DNA from: Phoronis australis
Taxonomy: Eukaryota; Animalia; Phoronida
NCBI GenBank assembly: GCA_002633005.1
Contig: NMRA01001107.1
Span: 1 to 54,226, forward strand
DNA: 54,226 bases
Direction: 5' to 3'
Shown: piece after piece, positions 1 to 12,504 of the stretch
Position numbering within the stretch: the stretch's first letter is position 1
Layout of the letters: each line of letters begins with the position of its first letter
Program-made: the position numbers and the translations under genes
The notes under the pieces: model-generated
Databases searched by the model: none
What the model was told of the DNA's origin: nothing
The model's input: the letters and a program-made list of their open reading frames with translations, nothing else

Positions 1-929
1 GGCCTCCACTGGGGGCGCCAGTATGCTTGTGACGTCAGTGGACAAAAGGGGAATTGGCCAACATTCACCATTCTGCTCCCAAGAACTAGGCCTACATTAT
101 CGTCTGCTGTCGCTGCAACTACAAGAGCATGTCTATAACGTGGAATTCTGAGTGTTCTGTCACTGTTATTCATTTTTTAGTTTCAATAAATATTCTTATG
201 CCATTTCTTTGATACATTTTGCAATTATTAAGCTTTACTTCTTGAGTTCCTCACCCAGTCCCGAAAAAGTCTTAAGAAATATGTAACAGCTTATAACATC
301 ACATCTCTTTTCAGTGCTAATTTAGTCTTGACATAAAACCCATTGCTGTGTAGGCCTATACGCTGATGTCAAACTTTGATACTGTATTTTACCGGGATGT
401 ATCAAGTGAGTTGACACTTGGCACGTGAGTTAAAAAACAATACTTGTGCAGGCATTCGAGTTCACCAGTGGCAGTGAACGGGACGAGACGTCTACTTAGA
501 AATCGGCAAACAAAATCTGGAATTCCATTTGGGGATTGAGGAATTATAGATGACTAAGTTATGATGAGAAATGTACCTGACAGGGAAGCGAACTGTTTTT
601 AACTTCCCTCCCCTCCTCGTCTGTCTTTTGGAAACCCTACAAAACGTAGGCACACATACCGAAATAAGGGCAGCACAAACTTCTCACACGACTTTTCCCA
701 CAACTGCTTTCGACGCTTGTTATGACTCGCCGACAAGGGATTACAATGCGCCTGTTGCCAGGAATTGTAGAGGTAGAATGGCGGCCATAACATACAGTGA
801 TACGGCGGGTTAATAAGGTGAAGAATAAGAAGATTTAAGATGAAAGCTATTATCTCTGAACTGAAATTGAAGTGCTGAGATACGGTAAGAGGACTTATTT
901 TTTTTAGATTTGCTGCGTTTCTTGGTTCC

Positions 930-1230
930 CATTCGATATTTTGTTCTCTGGCTCGTATTTATTTTCGAGTACGATTTCAAGCACACTGCCATAGCAAACT
1001 TGAAATTTGAGCATGGACTCCGAATATTTACTCAAAATCGTACTCGAAATATAGATGAGATACACTTCAGTTCGAGTACACTCGAAAACTGAGTACGTGC
1101 TCGAAATTTCGAGTACAGATTTTTCGAGTATGACATTGAATACACCAAAGGTGAGTCTGTACTCGAGTTGAGTATGAAGTGTGAGTTTGAGCATGATTCG
1201 AGTCTGAGTACGGAGATTGGAGACCGGGCC
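930..1230. mobile_element. Truncated PIF/Harbinger-type MITE (right end only), same family as 18522-18922
   Basis: Ends in GATTGGAGACCGGGCC followed by CTG (1231-1233). Interior has many CTCGAA/TTCGAG motifs like the complete copy at 18522-18922. Left boundary approximate. Confidence 0.6.
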
Positions 1231-1471
1231 CTGGTGCCCTTTTCTTGAATGTTCTATTTGTCTTGTGAAAACTGGTTTTGTGGCTGAAGTAGATGTCTAT
1301 TGTTCCATTGAATTAAAATAATAAAATTACGTGACTCATCTACTACAAGAAATTTGATTTTCAAAATAAGGAAATAAGGAAAAGACACCAAAAAAATAAT
1401 AAACACTCATTTTCCTATTGAAATTCCATTTGAATATAATTTCCAGCACCCAAAATTTCTGTAAATTACTT

Positions 1472-1690
1472 GTTAAAATGAGGGTTGTCGTAGAATCGCT
1501 CACGGGCTAGTGTACATCAATTAAATGTTAAAATGAAAGGTGTCGTCTAGTCGCTCAAGGGCTATTGTACATCATTTAAATGTAAAAATCAGGGGTGTCG
1601 TCGAGTAGCTCACGGGCTATTGTACATCAATTACTTTTTGAAATGAAGGTGTCGTCGAGTCACTTACGAGGTAGTGTACATCAGTTACAT
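1472..1690. repeat. Degenerate ~60-bp tandem repeat, about 3.5-4 copies
   Basis: AAAATGA..GGTGTCGTC..GTCGCTCACGGGCTA(G/T)TGTACATCA recurs at ~60-bp period. Confidence 0.8.
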
Positions 1691-2293
1691 GTAATTTTGC
1701 ATTTGTGTTTTTTTGGCTTTGGTTGAATGACACCTGTACCTTTTACACCTATTTGTGTAAATATCACAAAAATGTTTATTGTAGATAATAAATGCGCGTG
1801 GAACTTTACACTTGACATGAAGAAAGCAAAAATTCCATTAGTCAGTCATTAGCGTAACTCAATGGTGCATTTCGCGCTGTTTATGTGGTAAAAACACGAA
1901 AATTGACCTTTTGCTCTCAAAAATCGATCCGATGATATTTCTTAGCACGACAGGATTCTAATTCCGTTACCTACAAGAACATCGAAACTATCGACTTCAT
2001 GTGTGCGCACGCATCAAGCTGCCAAGAAAAGTCTTCAGAGTTTTTTGGGGTTTGCTAACCCCAAAATTGCGGATTAAAATAGATTATTAGGGGGCAACTT
2101 AATGATAATAAAAGACTAATTCGACTTTCTTTTTTAGGCAGCTAAACAGGGCGAAATGCAGCTGGCAGCTTTAACCTAAACGAACCACTCAAGTCATTGG
2201 TTACAATTCGAATGGTGAAAGGGGCTTTTAGAATAAATATTAAGTTTATTACACGTGCTCAAAGGTATTTCTAAAACGTAACTTTTTTCTTAC

Positions 2294-2482
2294 CGTCCAC
2301 GTGATCAACTTTTTTCAAATCTTCGCACAATTTTTGCAAACTTCCATCTCGCGTTTCCTCTGAAGAGAAGTCGTAGAACAATTTTGCTCCAAGTACAAAG
2401 GCAAGCCATCCGAGAGAAGGGTATTCGCATTCGAGCTTCAGCGGTATTATTGTTTTTCCACACTTCAATGCGTGCTCAGCTT
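2294..2482 (-). CDS. ARM-TIR gene, coding exon 5 (C-terminal half of the TIR domain)
   Basis: Bounded by ttttag| and |gtaaga; 189 nt, phase 1-1. Encodes (E)AEHALKCGKTIIPLKLECEYPSLGWLAFVLGAKLFYDFS..., the typical TIR_2 C-terminal motifs. Read-through of the donor would stop at 2271-2273. Confidence 0.9.
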
Positions 2483-4094
2483 CTAAAATTGTACACACGT
2501 CAAGTTCAAGATCCATTTTTTAAACCAGTTTATCTGAACTTGAGATCATACTAGTATAATTGTACACGAACGAATCTACAAATGTTCAATATAATTATAT
2601 TTCCTTAGTAACAGGTTGAAATGAAAGTGAATAGGTTTACATTGAAATGAAAAATACAATACTTACTACACATATACCAAGAAACACATTTTCATTAATA
2701 AATAATCTATTGAATTGAAATCACCACTGTTACAGGAAACAAATTTTGGAAGTTAACAATTTTATTCAGATATACATTTTCTGTTAATTATAATGGCTGT
2801 GATTCATAGATTGAAAACAGTTTGACCAATGCATCCACCTGTATTGATACTAAGAATGACCGTCAGCAATTTCAGTGTTATTGCTACGGACCTTCAGGAG
2901 TTCTGCTAGCACAATCGCATTTAAGGGACAGCAAAGGAAACAATTAACGTTACCATACTTGAGTGGACATAAGTACGCTGCGGAGTTGTGTTTTGAAAGT
3001 TGTGGCGGAACTTTTGAAAGCCAGTGTGAGTCTCATAGACGTGGAATGTTTTGAATACAAGCGCGGAGTGACATGGGGGTCCTGATTTTGGAGATTTGTT
3101 ATTGACTGTGGCCTACATGTCTTATTAGGTAGGGTATTCTACTTGCTGCTAGTCACTTTGTAGTGTTTCTGAAGAAAGAAGAATAACAACTGGTATGTAG
3201 CAATTCTCTGTGATTCTTAGACTGGGTCTCGTTACTCTCGCTTTTACTTGTTAGTAAATTTATTGTAAATTAGATGTGCTGTTTATGTTGCGGATAATCT
3301 TGTAGAAATGTGTCAATAATGATATGTTAGGTGCGTTGTTTGGATAAGCATAGCCAACTGAATGTGTCGATCTTACAATTATTCTACTGCATAATGATTT
3401 CAAGGTGTCCAGTTTATTGAGCCGTCTACTGCGTATTTCGCCAAACATCTAAAAATTATACAAAATTAAGCTTATAGCTTAGAATGAAAATTTTAACGTT
3501 TCACAAACTTGCCATTAATTGTTCATGTGACTGTGTCGTTTTATTAAAATGTAGCAAAAATAAAGGTATATCGCCAGGGGTTCGTCAACTAACTGTAAAA
3601 CACAGCGCAAAAATACCCGGATGCAAGTCACGTGAATGTAAACCGAAGAGAGGGAACACAAGCAGCGACGTTAATCGGCATGTAACTATATGAAACTGCT
3701 GGCGCATAACTAATAACTAAACCAATGGCGCATTGTTAGCAAAACATGATCAAATTTTATTAAAAACAAATCTTCGCGATGCGATCCCAGAAATACTGTT
3801 GCAGTTTTCTAAAGGATTATTTCGTTTTTGTTTTGTGCAACTTTAGATTTTTTCATGAAAATCATTAACGTCTTATTTTCTGTTAGCCCCTCATGAAAAA
3901 GCATATTTTAAGAAAAAATCATATCAGAGTTTTGGAGAACAGTGCATTCAGAATAGTGTCTGAAAGTTTCATCTGAATCCAAATCAGTCATTTCTGAGAT
4001 ATGATGATCCGAACTTAGAAAAAAATTGGACATTTTCCTAGAGTTCTACTTAAAACTGAACGACTGACGAGTTGCCAGTTGGTAAGCAAAAACT

Positions 4095-4205
4095 CCAAGA
4101 GCACACGGACAAAAGTTCCAAGAGCACACGGACAAAAGTTCCAAGAGCACACGGAAAAAAGTTCCAAGAGCACACGGACAAAAGTTCCAAGAGCACACGG
4201 ACAAA
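4095..4205. repeat. 23-bp minisatellite (CCAAGAGCACACGGACAAAAGTT), ~4.8 copies
   Basis: Directly visible; one copy carries a C>A change. Confidence 0.95.
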
Positions 4206-5246
4206 TGACGGTTATAATTATGCGTAACCTAAGGCACGCTGATCAAGTGAACGAGGCTCAAACTTTTGCGTATTACAACACCCCCATAATAGCATGCCGA
4301 CCATTTTACAAAAATAAGCCAATCGGCTAATATTCGAAAAACGACCTTTCAAAAACATCAAATGAAACCGAATAATCGCCCAGGCGTATTTTTGAGTGGG
4401 CATATTTTCGAAAATTCCCAGTGATTGTGGATATGAGTGAATGGAACCTTATCTGAAAAGAAATAGCTGTGGGGGGTCGTGCGTGCAGGACTTTAATTGT
4501 TATCAATTTGGTCATCAAAAGGTGGCAGGCCGTACATGTTTTTATAAATTAAGGAGGAAATGAGGCCCACCAATTTTGAGACAACCTACAATTTTTTGAC
4601 AGTGATTGTTAATCTTACAAATATTAACTTAGGACTAGCGTCTTTATTTCATGAAAAATTGTAACCACATTTTCCCGAAGCTTCTGTTGCTACAAAATAT
4701 AAACGTTTTCCAATCAAACAAAACTAACGGATTTGGAACACTTCAAACATAGTATCTCATTTACACGTATAGATCCAACGATTTATTTACCCTCTGCCCG
4801 AGGTTTTAAAACATTTCAAAATATAGCTTTAAATATCTACGAGTAAAACCACACACACATGCTGCGAGCCAGACACTGCTGGTCAAGCCATTTGTCAATG
4901 GAATTTTGGGATAAAAAATAAATCGTTTTATTTTACTTATCTGTATTCTCCATATTTACTTGTAATTGTATTAGTCATAATAAATGACCTTATATCGCCA
5001 ATTCGGTCTCCTTTTCATCTCTGGTAACGAGCTTGCGACGCACGTATCACTTATCTATTATTCGGGACACATGTCGATCATAAATAAATCGTGTTTTACT
5101 TGAAATAACATAAAAGTTTTCATAAGTGAGGAATTTGCCTCCAAATTTTGATGATGCTGATTACACACGCCCATACAAATACCTCTCATTTATTTCAAAT
5201 ATCCTGTTTTTTTATTTCACTACCACAGTGGTGTTAAGACACTTAC

Positions 5247-5348
5247 CCATCCGGCAGTATTGACTTGCTTTGTATTTTTCGGTGACACAAAGAAGGACTA
5301 CACTGGCGTTCTCTACTGCTTCAGCCATGCATTGAAGTGTACTTCCTC
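5247..5348 (-). CDS. ARM-TIR gene, coding exon 4 (TIR core)
   Basis: Bounded by ttttaag| and |gtaagt; 102 nt, phase 1-1. Encodes (R)GSTLQCMAEAVENASVVLLCVTEKYKASQYCRM. Not in the ORF track. Confidence 0.92.
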
Positions 5349-5950
5349 CTTAAAATAATGCAACTCGTGTGTGTGATCTTCAGTCAGTTATTGGCCCAAA
5401 TAATGACAGCATCAACAGTGACAGCAAAAACAATAATAACAACAGCTATAACAACAACGATAATTATATATGCGTGCACACGCACGCACGCACACATATA
5501 TTGACGGAATTTCATGAAAAGCATTCGGCAGTCGACAATTAATTCGTAATGTAGGTTGCCGTTGAAGTCTCAAATGTGGCAACAAAATCGGCACAGCGCT
5601 CCAGCAGATCACCTAGTTCCATGATGTATGCTGTCAAACATCTGTAACTGGACGTCCAGCAGGAACCGAAGTTCAGTGCTTGAATGCGATTTCGGCATTC
5701 TTGAAGTTCAGTTGCCGTGTCCACCGCAAAAGCTTTGGTCATGTCCACTTTTTGTTTTTATTGTTTAACGGTGCAACTCTTCTGTTGGCGCCGGTGGCAA
5801 TTGCCTCCCCTGTCCCTCTCGTTATGATACTGATTGTATGCATCATAACAAAACGTTTTCGTATCATTCGAAATACATTTAACTGCTTTTTAGGAATATT
5901 GTCTTGAATGAATGTTTCAGGTAAATAAGACTAACCAAACCTGCCGCCGT

Positions 5951-6058
5951 ACACGCTCATTTACAGGATACCGTATCCTGGTGGAGTAAATGAGCGTGTT
6001 GAGCCGTACTTCACGGTTGGTTTACCGGCGGTAAACCAACCGTGAAGTACGGCTCAAC
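5951..6058. repeat. Compound palindrome: branched hairpin (5951-5999) abutting a perfect 61-bp palindrome (5998-6058)
   Basis: ACACGCTCATTTAC/GTAAATGAGCGTGT stem enclosing AGGATAC-C-GTATCCT, then GTTGAGCCGTACTTCACGGTTGGTTTACCG-G-CGGTAAACCAACCGTGAAGTACGGCTCAAC (30-bp arms, 1-nt centre). Confidence 0.95.
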
Positions 6059-6847
6059 CATGGAATAAGGATTGACTCTACTTCCCCGTCATAGATTACA
6101 CCTGCAATGACTGGCCAAACCAAGTTACACAACCTATGCGTTTTTTCAGGACATCTCCAGAATCTGCCACAAATTTCCAGACAGCACAATTATCTGGTCC
6201 CAAATACTACCAAGAATAAACGTGGCGTCACGGCAGCATAGCAGTACAGTGGTGGTAAAATTAGAGCCCACCGTAATCACCTTGAGCACTGAACGTAGCT
6301 TACGGTGCGTAGGCGCTACGTTCAAAGCCAAAAGGTGGTTGGCTGCGCCTACGTGCGCCTACGCCCCACTAAAGCACTGGCTATAAGCCCAGTTGGCGAT
6401 CTGGTACGGTATATTTTGTTTTAGCCCATTTGGCAGTTGGCTCACCCATACGATACTTGGCTAAATATGACATTTTGCTCGACTCCATTTGGTAAGCAAT
6501 CGGCCAATACACATGAGGTATCGCGTACCTATTTGGTACACACTGGGAACCTACCTATTTGTTTCGTCGTAGCCATCTGGTGCCTAAATATGCTACTGCT
6601 GTTTCGTGGTACCCTGTACCAAAACGGTATGCACCACCACTTCTGTATAGAGCCGTGACACAGAAATTGCCAACACACCTCAAATAAACTTCATGAAGAC
6701 TACACTCGTGTTGTGTTACTTGTACCCAATAAACATAATTTTATAAGCAAAATCTTTAAGCTTTTAAATTTTAAAAAGAACGTGTAAAACAAACCATGCA
6801 CTTATTGATATACCGAACCTTACAAAATGAGGGCTTTCCAATCTTAC

Positions 6848-6973
6848 TCATTTTTTCTTTATCTATCCAAACGTTGAAACCCCGACTCTCCAGTCCCTCT
6901 TTGATCAACCATGCCATGTCCGAACTGCCCCAATTATAACTGATCATGACGTGCTCACTTTCGTTTCCAATAG
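6848..6973 (-). CDS. ARM-TIR gene, coding exon 3 (N-terminal TIR)
   Basis: Bounded by cttacag| and |gtaaga; 126 nt, phase 1-1. Encodes (A)IGNESEHVMISYNWGSSDMAWLIKEGLESRGFNVWIDKKKM, with the HxMISYxW and GxxVWxD TIR_2 motifs. Not in the ORF track. Confidence 0.93.
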
Positions 6974-7599
6974 CTGTAAGAGAAGATTTGCATCATGTGT
7001 ACATAGAACGCGCCATCAAAGTCACCCTAAAAACTACATTACTGTTTTGCCTCTACAAACTACATTACTGTTTTGCCTCGACTTTCGTAATGTGGTAAGC
7101 GCAATTGTATGGCAACGACACTTGCTTACTTCGAATTTACACTGTTGAATTTTGATACCTTGAAAAATCAACCTGTGGCCATTTTTCAACGTTAGTGTGT
7201 GGTATTTTTTCACGAACGAAGCACTAACTGCAAACAACGGCCGAAAATGTCATGAAGCTGTTATTAATTGGAAATGGTCTTAACTGGATATGTTATGCAT
7301 CTATTTTTGATGAAATTGAATGCTCAATACACGCGACTGATCAGACTCATTATGTCCATTTGACCCATTCTCTACAATCTGACCAACTGTCCCATTATGT
7401 CTATTTTTTGTTGGGAACATTTTCATCCCTTATGTCAATTTTCAATCCTTACCTGATGTGACCACACACCACACTGCATGTATGCGTTCATATTATTGCT
7501 TTGCAGTGTACGTACCTTTTTGCTAAATCTTACTAAAAGACATGATCACGTGACCTGATTATAGACAGTTGTGAAGCTAAAACCAAAGTCTACAAGATT

Positions 7600-8950
7600 T
7601 CTGCTCTCAGAAAATATCTAAACTTTTGATTTTTTAGAAACAGACAGCAATAACAACTTTTAGTAGATCAAATCAATAAATTAACAACAGATTTCGAAGA
7701 GGACTCAAGCAATCACCAGAACCTGTTACATTTTTAAAAAATAAATTCAAGGTAAATATAGAAGTTTTGGAAACACAGATAATAAAAGGTATGCAGTTAA
7801 GAAGTAAAGCCTCATGGATGGAAGAACGTGAAACAAAGTCTAAATATTTTTATTTCTTAATCTTGAAATACGTAACCACTTCAAAAACATATGACAGAAC
7901 TGGCGTCAAGTGGACGAGTGATCAAAGATCCGATAAAGATACAAAACATTGAACGAGCTCTTTTACTCCGAAAAAGAATCTAAATATCACTTGAAACATA
8001 GAAAAGGCTTGCACTGGCCTCTAAAAGATGCTGGGTTTAAAAACTTTTAAAAATCTCCAGAACACGGAAGTATGACGTTTTATCTACAATATATTCTTAA
8101 AAAAGCTATGGTGGTGAAGTGATATGGCCACGCAATTTTCAAGAATAAAAACTGTTTAGAAAGCCTGTTACAGATGATTTTTATAGAAAAGTGTTGCATG
8201 CAAAGTGAACAGTTGAATCAGATTGTGTCTATTGGTGAACAGATTAAATGGAATAATTAAGTTATAACACATAATAATGATGATGGTGATGATGGTGGTG
8301 GTGATGGTGGTGGTGATGATGGTGGTGGTGATGGTGGTGGTGATGGTGGTGGTGATGATGGTGGTGGTGGTGATGGTGGTGATGTGATGAAGATATAAAC
8401 ATTTCGTAATTTTCAGCCCTGTTTGTGTTTGTCATAATTTATTCCTAATTTTTAAAAAGAAAGTTTAAAAGTTGTCTTGAATGAGCATTATTTGGGCTTA
8501 TGTTTGAATTGAACTAATTTGCGTTAAAATCCGTTTTATGAAGTTTTTTTACTGAAATGAAGCGAAAAAGTATCTTAGGAGATTTTCCAAATAATGGAAT
8601 TTGATTTCAATAGTATCAGAGATTGTGTGGCAGTAACAACAGGTTTGCTTAGATTAATGAATTTGTAAAAAGAAATAAGAAAAGTATCTTGTCACGTAAG
8701 TACTGCAAAAAAGCGGAAAGTATGAAAAATTGTTACAGCATTGTTGAACACAAGATACTAAACTAATTAGCTGCTTGCTTTTTGCACTTCCAGTTTAACC
8801 ATGTATTAAATCCCTTGAGTACATGTTATTGGATAACAAGATCTATAGAAACTCTTTGTTGTACAAGATGAAGTTTGTTAATACAGGTAAATGCCAGAAA
8901 GATATTTTCAAAGCCAAGCCAGTTCTGTGGTTGTATCTAGTACGTTGTCA
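7600..8950 (+). pseudogene. Highly decayed L1/Tx1-clade LINE ORF2 fragments
   Basis: KGMQLRSKASWMEERETKSKYF resembles the Tx1/L1 linker (IRSRAxWxEEGEKxxKYF). C-terminal-like LHFQF...LYKMK remnants near 8780-8870. Many stops and frameshifts; boundaries approximate. Confidence 0.55.
8275..8390. repeat. (GGT/GAT)n trinucleotide microsatellite
   Basis: Directly visible. Confidence 0.95.
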
Positions 8951-10071
8951 TGTTTACTGTCTATCACGTAAAAATGTTACTGAGAAAAAACATAATATTT
9001 TTATTCCAACAGCATTAATTCAACAACAGCCAAATTACGTGTATTCATGGGGAGAGCAGTGACATAAAACTAGTCTGAACTAATTCTCGGTTAGGGAGCT
9101 GTTTTATAACCACGGAAACTACGCAAACATATATATTCATTTAAAAAAACTAAAAAATTAACTGCTTTCACATTTCATCAACGGGCCCATTTATTGGCTG
9201 AAATGGTACTTGGAATTAAATTCCGTCGAACTTTTTTGTACTACATTAAATCGGTTTAAATAGTCGAGCAAGTTATGAAACTGAACACTAACAGATTTAA
9301 AACATTAGTTGTGTATTGAATTGTTGCTGCAATTGCAAGGTTATAAGACATTTTACAATTTTATCGATTAAAATTGAAAATCCACATGATGGCCTACTTC
9401 ACTCTGCATGAAGACTCTTATCACGAAATGTCAGAGATTTAATGACATGTTGGTTGGCTTTTATTAGACACCCCGGCCAACCCGCGATCGAGAACGCCTG
9501 GAAGGCGATCGTTAACGAGACCTTGCACCAAAAATGGCAGACCACGGTGACGTACCCGGTGAGTTTAAGTGTCATTTTCTTTTTAAATAGAGGGTACTTT
9601 GGCACCAATGCTACACACAGAAAAGCGTCAGAGTATAGCCTTTGTTGTGGATCTGAAATAATATTTTGCGTAGGCTTCTTTTTTAAAATAAAGAGCTCAG
9701 AAAGCAATGGCTTTCGGTAAAATGCCTTGCACCTGGTAAAATCGACAATTTCTACATGTTATTAGCAATTCCAGGGTTCTTAATTAGACATGTGTAACGT
9801 TTATAGTTAAATCGTCCCGGGTGACACCTTTGTTAGTCATGATTTGTGAAACAATTCGACATATTTTCCAATACAAGCAGGTCCTCGTGTGAGACGGCGA
9901 TCGGGATCGAGGTCGTTAATTCTCTATCGCGATCGTGAACATAAAAAAGCGATCGTGAACGCACATTTTTTCACTGCATTGGCCTGAAGAGTCGTTCAAG
10001 TTACGGTATTATGTCAATAATATTAGAATAATAGGGCCCTGAATCAGTTGATGGGTTGATTTGTTAAGTAT

Positions 10072-11435
10072 CAGTCCACGGATGCACCGACCACAGTACA
10101 GCCAACAAGCGGCAAGGTGGGGGGTCAACCATTCAGATCCATGTTTAGTCTGATAAATCACATTAGGGATGAGAGAAAATGGGTGAAGTATGACACCACA
10201 AAGTTTGGTGGTTTAGGAGATAGAAGGGAAGTGTTCTGGGGGGCAAAATGAGGCAATTTCTTGGTGTGGAATGAGTCATTTTTGACCAAATTTTCTACTC
10301 CAGTTTCTGCTTCAAACAGAATCGTTTCTGAACAATTTTGATATCACATGATAGNNNNNNNNNNNNNNNNNNNNNNNNNNNNNNNNNNNNNNNNNNNNNN
10401 NNNNNNNNNNNNNNNNNNNNNNNNNNNNNNNNNNNNNNNNNNNNNNNNNNNNNNNNNNNNNNNNNNNNNNNNNNNNNNNNNNNNNNNNNNNNNNNNNNNN
10501 NNNNNNNNNNNNNNNNNNNNNNNNNNNNNNNNNNNNNNNNNNNNNNNNNNNNNNNNNNNNNNNNNNNNNNNNNNNNNNNNNNNNNNNNNNNNNNNNNNNN
10601 NNNNNNNNNNNNNNNNNNNNNNNNNNNNNNNNNNNNNNNNNNNNNNNNNNNNNNNNNNNNNNNNNNNNNNNNNNNNNNNNNNNNNNNNNNNNNNNNNNNN
10701 NNNNNNNNNNNNNNNNNNNNNNNNNNNNNNNNNNNNNNNNNNNNNNNNNNNNNNNNNNNNNNNNNNNNNNNNNNNNNNNNNNNNNNNNNNNNNNNNNNNN
10801 NNNNNNNNNNNNNNNNNNNNNNNNNNNNNNNNNNNNNNNNNNNNNNNNNNNNNNNNNNNNNNNNNNNNNNNNNNNNNNNNNNNNNNNNNNNNNNNNNNNN
10901 NNNNNNNNNNNNNNNNNNNNNNNNNNNNNNNNNNNNNNNNNNNNNNNNNNNNNNNNNNNNNNNNNNNNNNNNNNNNNNNNNNNNNNNNNNNNNNNNNNNN
11001 NNNNNNNNNNNNNNNNNNNNNNNNNNNNNNNNNNNNNNNNNNNNNNNNNNNNNNNNNNNNNNNNNNNNNNNNNNNNNNNNNNNNNNNNNNNNNNNNNNNN
11101 NNNNNNNNNNNNNNNNNNNNNNNNNNNNNNNNNNNNNNNNNNNNNNNNNNNNNNNNNNTCTACAGGCACCACTAAACAATGCCAAGTGAATAATAAATCA
11201 ATAGCTTTCATTCAAGGAAAAATATGAACAGTTAAAACTGGACAGTTTTTATACCGTGAAAACATGGCTGCGAAGCCGTAAAATGTGTTTGAGCCTATAT
11301 CTTTAGAAAAACGCAATATTTTGAGGAAATATTTTACAGCTATTTATAGATCCCATAGGACTACCTATGTGCCAAATTTGGTGAAAATCGGCTGACCCCC
11401 ACCTTGCCGCTCATGGCTGGTGCTCTCGTGGACTA
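10072..11435. mobile_element. Academ-like non-autonomous element spanning the assembly gap, nested in the CAC element
   Basis: TIR pair CAGTCCACG...AGCGGCAAGGTGGGGGTCA vs reverse complement TAGTCCACG...AGCGGCAAGGTGGGGGTCA. YAG termini fit Academ. No matching TSD seen. Confidence 0.6.
10355..11158. other. Assembly gap (804 N)
   Basis: Run of n; the four poly-X ORFs in the track are artefacts. Confidence 1.
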
Positions 11436-11637
11436 GCACTTAATTATATTTCATCGTTTTTTTCATGATTTCTTTGTGTAGCCTAAAAAACATAACTGAA
11501 TGGGTTGGATTTTTTTTCAGTTGAACTGTAGCCACACGACGAGTCCTTCAGGGTGTTGAAGTCCACGCCTTCAAAAAAGAGCAGTACAACTGCTGCATGT
11601 CACAAAGGAGTGTGTGTGTGTGAGTGTGTGTTTTTGT

Positions 11638-11905
11638 GTGTGTGTTGTGGAGCTTTGTTCAAGAACTGAAAAATCGACTTAGTATGACCACATGGCAATA
11701 AAACACAGTGACATTACAGCAAGCAAGTCAGACCTTTACCAGCCCTGTGATTGACGCGTTGCATACGTCAAAAGTTTTTTTTACCGAAAAAGGAAAACAC
11801 AACATGAAGCCTCGTGCTCAGAAACTAAGTCGATTCAGTGTCCTATCTGTGATCAATGTTTCACAAAAAAGTGAGCCTGACACGACACATTGCGTCACAG
11901 CACCA
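11638..11905 (+). pseudogene. Frameshifted C2H2 zinc-finger remnant inside the CAC element
   Basis: CVCCGALFK...DHMAIKH and CPICDQCFTKK/SLTRHIASQH can be read across frameshifts in A-runs. Confidence 0.65.
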
Positions 11906-12504
11906 GGACACTCCTTTTTGTGGTGAATGCCTCCTTCCACAGGCATAAGAAGCAGAAACGTCAGTGATGAAGGTTGTTAAGTCACTATAGTTTATTCATA
12001 TTTTCAGATTTACAGAGTTTATGGTTGGTAGTTGTCTGATGTGATAGTTTTTTGGCGTTTTGTTTTGAACCTTTTTTCCTCAACAGGATCTTTAACAGAA
12101 CCAGTGCACTTTTGTAGTTGGAGATCTAAATGGCCATACTGAGTGTCATTGGGCAATACTTACATACAGTTGTTTTTACCAATTAGTATTTTAAAATAAA
12201 ATATGTATATGTTTATTGTAGAAATTGCTTTCATATTGTTGTTGATTTCCTGTGAGACACCATTATACTATCAATCAGTCCTAAATATATTGTCTATGAT
12301 TCAGTGATGATTTAGTCTAATACATTACAAAAGTAATTCGTTAGAAATGTTCAATGGATTTGTAATGTTGATTTCCCTAAAGCAATATTTTACACATTTT
12401 TGTATAACGAATTTTGAGGTATGTGTGATAAAAGATTAATATTATAATAGAAATACTATAATATTGTTGTTGATTTCCTGTGTAAATCACTACAGTGTGT
12501 AGTT

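Noticed and set aside
190-830. Possible terminal SAM-like exon of the TIR gene, or a THAP-like fragment
   Set aside because: No phase-1 exon with convincing SAM motifs found; the Cys/Trp pattern at 599-793 is too weak.
4079-4330. ORF containing STRTKVP, also found in the giant transposase
   Set aside because: The ORF is a translation of a 23-bp minisatellite; the 7-aa match appears coincidental.
10295-11211. Four ~280-300-aa ORFs
   Set aside because: Artefacts of the N gap.
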